Below are positions 11,953-25,379 of a stretch of DNA of 64,000 nucleotides, one piece after another. The notes beneath the pieces are model-generated. The model was not told where the DNA came from and did not search any database. It saw only the letters and a program-made list of their open reading frames with translations. The position numbers and the translations under genes were made by a program. Source of the DNA: the human T2T-CHM13v2.0 reference genome, Homo sapiens; assembly GCF_009914755.1 (NCBI RefSeq), contig NC_060931.1. One strand, written 5' to 3'. Positions within the stretch are counted from its first letter, which is position 1; each line of letters opens with the position of its first letter.

Positions 11953-13891
11953 AGTATCTGTAATAGCATCAATATACTCTTGCTTGGATGAAAGAGTCAA
12001 TTCTGTTGGATGTAAATTTAAGTGTATTTTTGGTATTAACACTAAAAGGGGCATTGGACATTGTACCTTGGGTCACGGCCAAGACAGATGGCAGTGTTAT
12101 CCACTGAGAGGAGTCTTTATATTAATCGATTTAAGTTGAATACTGACTTGTTCACTCACACAAAAAATAGTGTTCTCCAAATGCTTTCTGACTTGTTAAG
12201 TGGAAGACAGCTAAGTGGAAGAGACAGAACTCTGCCTCACCAGACCTAAATGATGCCTGGCAGCCAAGAAGAATCATAGCTAAAATACGTAAGGAAAAGT
12301 GATTGTCCCCCAATTGTCTGTATCCAGCTAAAGCACATGAAGATACAAAGTTAGGAAATACATGCAGCAATGTTGAATTGCCTCTACTTTTTTCTTCCTT
12401 CCTATATTATAAACATATTAGCAGAGAGTAACCTGAAGTTAAAGATAAATTACTACTTATCAGTGTTGACAGTTTTAACTAACATGCTGAAAACAATTAA
12501 CCAAGGATAATGTTGCAGTAATTTTTTTCACAGTACCCTTTTTATAAAAGCTGTTTACAGTATTTTATAAAATACTGTATACATTTGTAAAAAGATGTGT
12601 GGTGTACACTTGAATTCATTGTTTTACTGTGTTTATTTTTGAGTAGGTTTTATTGATTATTATGATGGTATTCATACTATGGCCCTTCAGTAAGAAATAA
12701 ACTTAAGATAATGAAATGTTTCAAACACTTATGTTATAGATTGTTTTGTTAATTCCATAAAGATATAATATAGTGACCATGTTTAGGGTTATTGTTAAAA
12801 ACATTCCAGATGCTGTATCCATCTGAAACAGAATACAGGTTTTTGTTTTTAAAGCCTTGGCTGACATTTGTATGCAATTTCTTGATTAATCTTTTTTTCT
12901 ACTGTAATTCAACATATTAGTAATTATCTTTACACGCCCCTCTCAGCTGGAATGTAAGCTCCCTGATCTCAGTTTGTTCTAGAAACTTCTCCTGAGTGGT
13001 TGCCCCTCACCTTCTATTTCATTGTAATATTTGAGATTCCCAAGAATATTCTTGATGTTGGTTCCAAGAAGGACCAGTAGCAGACATTTTTCAATGGAGG
13101 ATCGTCTTTGAAATTTATAATGAATAATTTACTCCCCTTGATGATTCACCAAAGCATTAGTGTGGCAGAAATTGGGGGCTGATGAAAGGATTATTTATTT
13201 AGTCAGTGGTTTTGTTGTTGTTAATATATTTTTCATCAAATAAATTGATACACACACTAGAATATGTATGTGGCAATAATATTCATTTATGGTGCTTATT
13301 AGGACAGACTGTATTTTGCATTTTAAAGTTATTTGTAATGAGCTATTAGTGATAGTCTCTACAAATATGACATATAATTGGCATTAACTTCTAACCGTTT
13401 GCTCTATAGTTTTTGCGTATTTCTAAACATCGCTTAAGGAAATGTGTATTCTGTATTTACTATTTGTATTTCTGTTCCCTGTCTATTTCCACATCATCTT
13501 ATTTAGCATAATTGAAAGTTGTAGAAAATGCTTTGTCATTTTAGTGTATAAATTTTCAGAATTGTGCTCATACACAAACAAACATACATCATACATACAC
13601 ATATCTAAGCAATTATATAAAAGAGTGTGCATGTGTCTTTATTCAATTCTATGTGCAGTTCATTTTTCTTTCTTATTGAAGTTACATGTTTTAGATTTGT
13701 AATTTTCATTAGGTGAGTGAATTGTTTGTTATGCATAGGATTAAAAAATTATGGAACCAAATGTTTATAACTGGCATAGTTTATGCAGTACTGTATTTAC
13801 TTAAAAATATTTCTAAATAACAGGATTTTTAAAATATAAATTTCAATACATAGGATGTCAGGTTAAGCAGCACGGGACTTCCACTGACATT

Positions 13892-13942
13892 AAAACTTAA
13901 ACCTGAAAAACAACAACAACAACAACAAAACTTAAACCTGAA
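13892..13942 (+). repeat. 16-bp direct repeat flanking (AAC)n: tail-only retro-insertion
   Basis: aaaacttaaacctgaa at 13892-13907 and 13927-13942 around aaacaacaacaacaacaac, with TT|AAAA at the left junction. Confidence 0.8.
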
Positions 13943-15016
13943 GCTACATGCTGTACTTTAACAATGGCGTTCAGAAAGCCTACTATCACCGGAGTTTTGT
14001 TATGCTATAATAACTTTATGCATCAGACAATTTAGATGAAATTGCACTTATTTACTTTCAAATAATCCTACTGTTTATCATAACAATAAGTTTTATGCAA
14101 ATAGATTCATACTGTTAATCAGATAAAGTCTTATACCAAGCTAGAGAATTCAAAATTGAACTTTTAAAATACTTAGCATAAAGAACAGTTTGTAATGCTC
14201 AGGCTCTCACAATCATGCTCCTTAGCTCCTTTCCATGAAGTCATGATTTCTTTCCCACCAGACTTCCTCCTGATCTCTCTTAAGAGAGAGATTGTGAGAT
14301 ATTTTACAATATTGGAAGAAACCATCTCCTCTTCAGATACAGAATTCTAGTTATAACGTTATACTTCAGACTACATATGTTATATATTTAATATTTTATG
14401 AGTAATGCTGTAATTTAGAATTTTATATGTAGAATATTTAGTCTGGCATACAACAGCCAGTATAGAATGAGAGTAAGAAACGTCATCATAAGAGATTATA
14501 ATAAAGGGGAGGCATCAAGCAAACATCTCAGAGATAAATTCTCATTATATTAAGCATAATTCATAAATTCACAGAGAGTTGTGCAATTGTAGAGAGAAAG
14601 TGTTACCAAAATGATGTCCTCAGAATTGAATAAACAAGCTTAAAAGTTTAGGAATTCAATATTTCTAGTGTATCATATACATATACCTGAAGAACATTTT
14701 CTGGTGCATAGATCATTAATACAAAATTCAATTAATATGAATAACAAATGTACTGTTGTTTTATCTTTATTTCCTTCCCTATCCTTGTTGCCTGTAAGTT
14801 GTAGGTATAAGAGATTATATCTCTTAAACTCTTTTATATTGAGGCTGGAAAACATACTTTTTGCGTATCTACTCTTTTCTCCTTTTATATTACCTGAGTA
14901 GATACTGCTATTTTGGAAGGGTTGCGCCCTGTTACTACATTGCCAGATTGCCAAAATTCAAAGGAAGGGATGTCTGCTTAACATCTATTTTCATCCTATA
15001 TGGACTGATAGTGTAT

Positions 15017-15110
15017 TAGAGCTAAAAGGGGCCTTATAGTTCATCTAATTCAACTCCTTTATTTTACAATTGAAAAAAAGTGTTAAAGAATAAAAGTGAC
15101 TTCCTTAATA
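15017..15110 (-). mobile_element. MIR3/MIRc fragment
   Basis: agagctaaaaggggccttatagttcatcta...tttattttaca...aagtgactt. Confidence 0.55.
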
Positions 15111-16883
15111 TCTCCCCATTATTAATTGAATTCAAGAGGGAGCTACTGATGATCTGATAGTTCTTTAGTCTTGACTCATGGTTCATATGTATTAATTTTG
15201 CCAGGCCATTTGTTTTAGTTTTAATTCTATGTGTCTGTCAAATAAGGAAATCACTCTGTTTTTCCAAATGTTGCTGATCACATTTACCTATGAAAAAGCT
15301 TTAAAAACCAGATGGATATCATGATTACTTTTAAAATTACCATTCATATTACTTGACTACATGTGGTTTGTTTAGGACACTTTTAAGGTCTCAATCATAT
15401 CTATGACATTGTTTTATTTATAGGTCAAGGTTTTAGAAAAGGAAAATTTAAGGTTCCTCAGTGATTTCCTCAGAAATGTTTTAAAGTGAATTGTGAAATT
15501 CCAGACTGTAGATTTATTGCTTATGTTCTTTTATTAGGACTTCAGCTAGGAGAAAAAGGACACTTAAAAAACATATATAAGGCAATAGAAATTTAGTTTC
15601 TAATTGTTAAAAGAATAAGCCTAATGGTTACCAAGCCTTAATCCTTTACATTTTCTCTTTATTTAGACTATACATTCAAGAAGGATCAATTGCTTTATAG
15701 AAAGGACCAAAATCTGAGGGTTTCCCAGGCTTTTCCAGTTGTTTGTTTACTATGTGTCAGATAAATATGTATTAACAATTAAAAATAAGTGGTTAGTGGA
15801 TCTGTTGTGCCATCCTGATCTTGAAATTCTAAGAAAAGGAGATAAGACAATACTTTTAAGTCTGATATTTAAATATTGGACACTCAATGTATAAAGCCCA
15901 GGTTAGATGCTTGGATTGATCAGATAAAGATACTAAGTTCATAACATAAAATTTTTATCCCATAAAATATATTCATAGCACTAGTGATAGAAATGGGTAC
16001 AGAGGTTACAGAATTCTTTCGAGAAATTGTGATTCTAGATCAGTCCTAGATAAGTATCTGGGACCTATCAATTCTACTATTGTTAATTAGCACATACAGT
16101 TTTGTTGCTGTGACTGTCGCCCACCCCAAACTAGGCTCTTTTCTTTCCCTACCTTCTGCTTCTGTTCTCAGACATACCATATTCCATTTTTTTTTCTGTC
16201 CCCCCATAGCCTGTTTCCTTTTCTTCCCTGTGTATCAACTTCCACCGGTTATGCAAGCCCGAACTCAGTTACTGTTGCACATGAATGCTTTTTCACCAAC
16301 ACAGTTCACATGGATTAATTCCTTTTTTAATATTGTGTATCATACTTGTCTAACTCACACTTTTGGAATTATTCTTACATAGCTCCATTGATAATTCCAT
16401 TCAACACATATTCACTGAGCATATACTATGGATAACTCATGTTGCTAAGCAGCATTTTCAGTAAAATGATGAGTTATCACCTATATTTGAGAAATTTAGA
16501 TTATGAAAATGGGAAATACGTAATTTAGGATTCAAAAATCTATGCACTCTAAGGAGAGATTCAATCATTGTACTGAGGAATTAAAAACAAGTAGTTAGGA
16601 GAGGTTTATTTGAGGTAAAGTTTAAAAAAAATCTTATTGGCATATGTAGCCTCTTATTGTATAGGCTAATGCCAGAATTTGAAGTTTTAAGTGCCTTTTT
16701 AAAAGGACCTTAAATATTCTGTAAGATTTTGAGTAAGGAAGTGGATGTAACATAACTAGACCATCCTACTTAAGATATCCTTAGAGCAATAGAAAGCAGT
16801 CACTGGAATGACAAAAAATATTGGAGTCTATGTGTCCAATTAGAGTGTGTTATCAGAAAAACCAATCATCGTCATCTTAACTA

Positions 16884-17340
<457 letters not shown>

Positions 17341-17682
17341 TTATCTGTATTTGGCAGGTTGTGACCCTGGTGATACCTAAAACACAAAAATAGCAAGTTT
17401 GACCATAGGCAGTAGGAAGTTGAAAGTGACAATCGGTTTTGTTTGAGAAGTGGGATATCTGCGTGTTCAGTAGGCAGTTAGCACTGAGTTGGAGATGATG
17501 CATTTTTGGAAGTCATATAATATACAGGAGACTAGAGTCCCATAATTTTTAAGGAGATCCTGAAGAGTAAGATAGCACAGAGAAGTTGCAACACAAGACA
17601 CTGGGTAAAGGAAGAATGAGCCAGCAAAGAATGTGAATCTATAGCAGTAGAGAACCAGGAGCCAGCAGTCAAAGGCCAATAG

Positions 17683-18434
<752 letters not shown>

Positions 18435-19728
18435 GAAGAGATTTGTTTTAACCTAAGGGTGGTTAGCATTATTAAAGACTGAAATGTGGGTTTAAGACTG
18501 TGGATAAGACACGAAGAAAGTCATTACATTTGGCAAGAGTGTTTTCAATAGAATATACCATAGAGCAGTGATTTGAATGGTCACCAAGAAAGAAGTACAT
18601 AGAGATTACAAATAGTATACATTAGTCTTTCAGGAAAAATGCTGCTAAAGGGGAAAATGATAGAATGGTGGCTTGAGACGAAAGCAAATTGAGAAAGATC
18701 TTGGTGCAGGGGAGATGTTGACAGTGGCAATGAAAAGACTAAAAATGCAAGAGGGAAAACAAAGTATTGAAACAAGGTCTGAAACATGATGGGAGGAGGG
18801 TGATGCCATTAAGGGCACAGAGAGAGGTAGTTAATCTTTAAAAAGAATAGAAACCCACTTTCATCTGAATTGGGTAGAAATTTAAAGATGAGCAAACTCA
18901 TAGTTAGACTGTTAACTCTTATATTATGTGTTGTCTGTTTATAGTTTGTGACTACCATTATATCCTTCTCCCGCAGTGTCACAACACCTGAATTCAAGCT
19001 TTGATTATCACCTTTTAGGGATTCCTGCTTCTAGGACAAATCATGTAAAATAAGGAAAGGGTGTACTTATTGCTGCTAAAATTTTCTAGATGTGACAGCT
19101 TTACTCTCACCATATTTGTTATATTTGATGATATTATTAGCTAAGAGAATAACTGCTCATTAGAGTTAAAACTTAGCAACTATTTTCTCATAAAAGATTG
19201 TAATAATACAGTCACAATGTAAGTGTTCTTTCCTTTTCCTCAGAGTTGATGGATTAGCATAAATCTAAAGAACATAAATTATTTTATGAAACATTTAGAT
19301 AATATTAAGATTCTGAACTTTTTAAATAATTGGTTAATTTTTGGTAATTAATAAAATAAAGCTTTTCAAATTTTAGAAAAACCTTTTAGTGAAAACAGAT
19401 CATGTAACAGGAGAGAATTATATGCAGAAATATTATGATAGTTTCTTTTTTACTGTATTGTCAGTTTTAAACTTTAAGAGAAACCCAATAAACCAACCAC
19501 TGAATCTGCCCTTAGACATATTTAACTACCTAAATCTGCCTTTAGTACTGTGGATATAAAGATATGCCAAGATAACATCTTTATATACAAAAACCTATTT
19601 TCTTGCTGTTTATGAAATTGGAACTAAAGTGTAAGGAAAACAAAAATAAATAATGAAGAAATAAATAACCACAAAAGACACAAATAGGCACCTTGCTCTT
19701 AGAGTCCACAGTTGAAAAACTTTGCTTT

Positions 19729-20030
19729 GCCCAGGCGTGGTGGCTCACACCTGTAATCCCAGCACTTTGGGAGGCCAAGGCAGGCAGATCATTTGAGGTC
19801 AGGAGTTCGAGCAAGACCAGCCTAGCCAACATGGTGAAACCCGCCTCTACTAAAACCCAAAATTAGCTGGTCATGGTGGTGCACACCTGTAATCCCAGCT
19901 ACTTGGGTGGCCGAGGCAGGAGAATCCCTTTAACCCGGAGGTGGGGGTTGCAGTGAGCAGAGATCACTCCACTGCACTCCAGCCTGGGCAACAGAGTAAG
20001 CCTGTCTCAAAAAAAAAAGCAAAAAACAAG
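19729..20030 (+). mobile_element. AluS
   Basis: Full dimer with TSD aaacttt(g/t)cttt (19717-19728 / 20031-20042). Confidence 0.95.
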
Positions 20031-20689
20031 AAACTTTTCTTTATCACTCCACTTTCACTGCATATTTGTCATTTCTGAGCCTCACGACTTTGTTTCTAAC
20101 CAGCTCCACCCAAGTTTTTTTTTGTACTGTGTCCAGATAATTGTCCAAAAGCTAACCCCTAGGCCTTACTATCAACATTTTTCCCTGTAAGCTTGTACTG
20201 ATCTATCTTTCTTAGAGAATGACCTGAAAAATATGTTCATTCTAAGTTGATGACTGATAAGAATAAATTATTCCTTTCAGGAAAATAGTTGTCTGTTCAC
20301 AGATGATATTTCTGCTTCACAGAGTAGACCTTAAACAGCAGAATTTCAGGAATTGGTGACTTTTGATTGAGAGTATATTCCGTCCAAATATTTCTGTGAC
20401 TTCTGAGCAAATAGTTCCTACATCATTTTTACCAAAAATTATTCATTTTAACATGATAATCAGAATCCTTTCCCCACATTTTTTAAGTTACCAGCCATGC
20501 AAATTTGTTGTAGCTCTTCAAACTAAATTAATTTTTTTTCTCTTTTGCCCTTAACTAAAGTTTTGGTCAAAGTATCGAGTATATCAAATTTTATGAGGCA
20601 AAAATCACAGCATGTTTACTTTGGCAGAAGCCCACACACCCTTTGAGGTATTACAACTCTTTGCAATAATTTTTATTATACACATTTAC

Positions 20690-20817
20690 ACTATTTTTTT
20701 TATTGAGGAAAGTGAGCATAACTAAAAAATAAAATAATTCGTTTGGGGTCACATTTTAGTAAATGATTGAGTCAAGATCCAAACTCAGGGCTCTCTGACT
20801 CTAAGATCTGACTTTTA
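20690..20817 (-). mobile_element. MIR fragment
   Basis: tgaggaaagtgag...ggtcaca...gatccaaactcagg...tctgactctaa. Confidence 0.6.
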
Positions 20818-21858
20818 CATCACACCATCTATGGCATTTTTCTGATTTTTTTTTATTACTCCACTACAAACATCATTTAAAGGAAATCTTTTCCCCCACA
20901 TTAGAACAGTGCCTATTTGAATGAACTTATCTGCCTTGAACACTTTGGCTTTGCTTTTCTCCACCTCCCATAAACCACTGATTTTCAGCTCCATCCACTG
21001 CAAACAAGCACACAAAAAGGATTTGACAGTTAATAGGCAAAGTTCCAACACATGCTCTCAAAAACTTGACAATTTTTTAACATTCTGATCACAACTTCCT
21101 GTATTTCTCCTATTAGTTTACATTTCCTTATCTTTCTTGAACTAACACCTTACTTTCATTAAATTTTTTCTTCTGTTTGTCAGTCTAAACACTTACTTGA
21201 CATTCTTTAGTCTATGCTACTTCTCTAAAATCTACCCTCTTTCTGTCAACTATCTTGCTAACAGACTCTCAAAAATAATTAAATATTCACTCTGCCCTGA
21301 ATATGTTCACTTCTTGCCCACCACCATGGCTTTGCCCACTCAAGTCTCTCCTTCCTCTCTGCTCTGAAAGTGGTAGAGTTTGTGGAGTCCCTATCATGTC
21401 CTGGCTAAGGTATTTTTATCTTGCTACAGTAACATCCGTATGGATTGGAAAGTTCCTCCTTTTTTACTTTTCTTTGCTAGATTATTACATTGGGGGCATA
21501 TTACTTCATTTTCCCATGCTACATAATGAAAAATACACACAAGTGTTTCTAGCACAATGTCTGGCACATAGTGGGTACTTTAAAAAGCAATCTCTTTTTT
21601 ATTTATTTCCATGGAATTTTGTTTGCTTTTGTTATTCATAATGCTTAATCTAAACACCTCTTCATAGAATCAAAAACGAAGTATAGTTTTGAGTGAAACT
21701 GTAAGCAATATTCAATTTTATTTTTCTTCCATGTCTCATCAAATGGTAGTTTATCCTTACTAACGAAGAAAAGTTTCTGAAGTATGTAAAGATTTTTGGA
21801 AATAGTGAGACATTAAGGAATGGATAGAGTTTTTGTTAAGTTTACTAGTCTTTATGTC

Positions 21859-22186
21859 AGCATGCTCCAAACTTGCGTAGCCATCAGGGTGACATTTTTC
21901 TGAGTCTCACCCCAACTTACAAATTTATGATTTTTGGTGAAAGGGTCAGAAAATCTGTATTTCTACCAAGAGCTCCTGGTGATTCTGATTATTAGTAAAA
22001 ATTAGAAACCACTTATTCCAAAGCCTCTTTAAACAAAGTGTGTTCTATGGGCCAACCAAATCTCCTGGGAATATCTTAGAAATGTAGAATCTCAGTGGGG
22101 CCCCACCACACACCTACTGAATTACAGTCTGCATTTTAACACGGTCTTCAGTTAATTTATGCTCATTAAAATTTAAGAAGCACTGT
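21859..22186. mobile_element. Two adjacent MER5A/MER5B-like MITEs (~21859-22012 and ~22022-22186)
   Basis: aatctgtatttcta...ggtgattctgat...agaaaccact, and ttagaaatgtagaatctc...tctgcattttaac...aagaagcactg. Confidence 0.65.
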
Positions 22187-22216
22187 AGTAAACGCTACTA
22201 TTAAAAAAAAAAAAAA

Positions 22217-22453
22217 AGCCAGGCATGGTGGCTCACGCCTGAATCCCAGCACTTTGGGAAGCTGAAGTGGGCAGATCACTGATGGCCAGGAGTTAAAGAC
22301 CAGCCTGGCCAACATGATGAAACCCCATCTCTACCAAAAATACAAAAGAATTAACTGGGTGTGGTGACATGCACCTGTGGTCCCAGCTACTTGGGAGGCT
22401 GAAGTGGGAGAATCTCTTTAACTCAGGAGGCACAGGTTGCAGGGAGCTGAAAT
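22217..22453 (+). mobile_element. 3'-truncated AluS lacking its poly(A) tail
   Basis: The Alu stops at gagctgaaat. It is preceded by A15 and followed by T8, with no TSD visible. Confidence 0.9.
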
Positions 22454-23667
22454 TTTTTTTAACATGCTACAAGATAGTGTGCAAATGCATTTATAATTTA
22501 AATAAATATTTAGGATCTTTATAATTTGCTGTAATGTTTAATGTAATTATTAAAAGTCTGAGGAGAACACGATTTTATGATTGTGTGTTTTCATGGTCTA
22601 TGAATATATTTAGCATAATTTTCAGCTATGTGTTTGGTTGGGGTGTGTGTGTGTGTAGTGTGTAGACAAAACTGTCTGCACAAACCAATTGTTTTGGGTA
22701 AATTCAGTTTAAAAGCAAAATAATTCCAGTAATATAAGATTTTTGGAGTTTTGCCTACAAAATACAACTAACTTGCTTGACCAAATTTTTCAGCTGGTTA
22801 ACTCCTGAATATCAGATAGACACAATGATTGAACTAATTAAGAACTATACTATTAAGAACTTAATAGTGTGAAGTTTAAAAAGAGTTTTATACATATTGG
22901 AGATTAAGTTTTATACTTAGTCTCTGATGGGTCTTGTCAAATGTCTCTGATACTCCTTTTTATTTCAGGAATAAAGAGATTATTTGTGGGATGTAGGAAG
23001 GATAAAATATTTACTGTAATGTGATTTATTGGAAGTGTTTTAGTAATTTTACTCTTCTATTAAGGTTCCATTTATAAATACCTTATTATAATTTGTTAAA
23101 TGACACTTTATAGAATGCTTGATGGCTTTAATTTATGCATTGAATATGCAAATAGATTTTAACAATATTTGCATCTTATATATAATAATCATTTGTAGTG
23201 TTGTTGCTGAACTATTTGCTTTTATTTAATTTTTACAAATTAAAAAATTTATTTTTAAAATAAATAAGGTGCTTTCAGATATTATATGAATTTAAGTTAT
23301 TTCTGTTTCTTTATTCTGAAATGGTGATATATATCAGTATTTCACTGGGTATATTTCCATCTTAACTGAGATTTTTATAGGGAGGTTTCCCTCAAAACAG
23401 TCATTTGAAATATATCAAGTTGTCAAGATTCCAAACAGTAGGTTTTTTTCCTAATTAATGCTTAAATATATTTTAAACAACATTGCTTACTGTAAATAAT
23501 CTATTTTGATCTAGTAGAAAATTTCACGCTATTGCAATGCACTTATAAAAATGTACTTTGTACTAGTAAAGGTAGTTTTACTAACAAAGTACTACTAGCA
23601 CTAGCGTTAATAAAGCCAAATTAACCAATACTATTTAAAGCTGAGTTTAGTAGGTATTCATTATTTA

Positions 23668-24174
23668 TTTATTTATTTTTATGTGCTATTTCTTTTTTTT
23701 TTTTAATTTTACTTTAAGTTCTGGGATACGTGTGCAGAACGTGCAGGTTTGTTACACAGGTGTACATGTGCCATGGGGGTTTGCTGCACCTATTAACCTG
23801 TCATCTAGGTTTTAAGACCTGCATGCATTAGGTATTTGTCCTGATGTTCTCCCTTCTCTTGCTCCCCACCCCCTAACAGGCCCTGGTGTGTGATGTTTCC
23901 CTCCCTGTGTCCCTGTGTTCTCATTCTTCAACTCCCACTTATGAGTGAGAACATGCAGTGTTTGGTTTTCTGATCCTGTGTTCATGCGATGTTTGGTTTT
24001 CTGTTCCTATGTTAGTTTGCTGAGAATAATGGCGTCCAGCTTAATCCATGTCCCTGCACAGGACATGAACTCATTCTTTTTTATGGCTGCATAGTAACCC
24101 ATTGTGTGTATGTGCCACATTTTCTTTATCCAGTCTATCATTGATGGGCATTTGGGATGGTTCCAAGTCTTAAA
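23668..24174 (-). mobile_element. 5'-truncated L1PA (L1PA8-like) 3' end
   Basis: ttactttaagttctggga...gtgcaggtttgttac...ctaggttttaag..gcatgcattaggtatttgtcct, with TSD tcattattta (23658-23667 / 24175-24184) and an internal 31-bp tandem duplication (23952-24013). Confidence 0.92.
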
Positions 24175-24506
24175 TCATTATTTAACTCATTTTAAAATTC
24201 TGGATGTTTCATTATTCGTATTAAGTTTCAGCTTTAATTCTTTGAATAAAGCAAATCCAAACACATAAAAATGTAGTAATTGTTAAGACTGGAAAACTGT
24301 GACTAATTCATTTTAGGTTATTCCAATTCATATTGTCAGTATTTTCAAAAATATGTGAATAAAATACACTACCCTAAGGAAAGGCACTGATGGGTAAAAA
24401 TACAGAATTATTTCCTAAACCTGTATAGGAAGAGGAGACCATTCTCACACTAGTTCTGCAATAGTTTCTCAAAGTTCAAACAACTGCTAATTGGGTGAAT
24501 AAGAGA

Positions 24507-24510
<4 letters not shown>

Positions 24511-24564
<54 letters not shown>
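24511..24564 (+). repeat. (TA)27 microsatellite
   Basis: Read directly. Confidence 0.95.
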
Positions 24565-24567
<3 letters not shown>

Positions 24568-24728
24568 GTGCCAATATAATAAGGCACCTTTCTTAGTGCC
24601 TTATTAATGATTCTGAAATTCTCATCCTTATTTTAAGTGCCTTTAATATTTATTTTAAGCTCATTCAGTTTTCTAACCACCTAGTCTCAGCCCTATTGTT
24701 GAATTAGATGTTTTAAAAAATACTTTAA

Positions 24729-25050
24729 GGCCGGGCATGGTGGCTCAGGCCTGTGATCCCAGCACTTTGGGAGGCCGAGGTGAGCGGATCACGAGGTCAG
24801 GAGATCGAGACCATCCTGGCTAACATGGTGAGACCCCATCTCTACTAAAAATACAAAAAAATTAGCCAAGGATGATGGTGGGTGCCTGTAGTCCCAACTT
24901 GGGAAGCTGAGGCAGGAGAATGGCGTGAACCTGAGAGGCGGAGGTTGCCGTGAGCCAAGATCGCACCACTGCAATCCAGCCTGGGCAACAGATGAGACTC
25001 TGTCTCAAAAAACAAAAACAAAAACAAAAACAAAAAACAAACAAACAAAA
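24729..25050 (+). mobile_element. AluY/AluSc8-like
   Basis: ggatcacgaggtcaggagatcgagaccatcctggctaac and gagaatggcgtgaacc, with an (AAAAAC)n tail and TSD core actttaa. Confidence 0.93.
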
Positions 25051-25342
25051 AAACTTTAAAGGAACCAAATAATGCCTGCATGTTTAAAAGTATATATAAA
25101 ATGCTCCGAAATGATAAGAAGTAGGTCTTCTCCCTCAACCCCAGAAGAAAACACCTTTTATAATTTTTATTTTTTTAGGTCTCTTGAAAATGGAAAATGA
25201 AATACTCTCTGCCCACAAGAAACTGACAATACATATCTTCTTTATGATACTGCTTTTTGTGGTCGGAAGGGAATTGCTTTTCTGGGAGCATTCAACAATA
25301 AACAAGTGTATGGTCACTGGTTGGATTTGTCTTTAGAGAGAT

Positions 25343-25379
25343 ATCCAAGCATATTGAATAAATCCAAGCATATTGAATA
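25343..25379 (+). repeat. Tandem duplication of atccaagcatattgaata (18 bp, period 19)
   Basis: Exact copies at 25343-25360 and 25362-25379. Confidence 0.9.
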
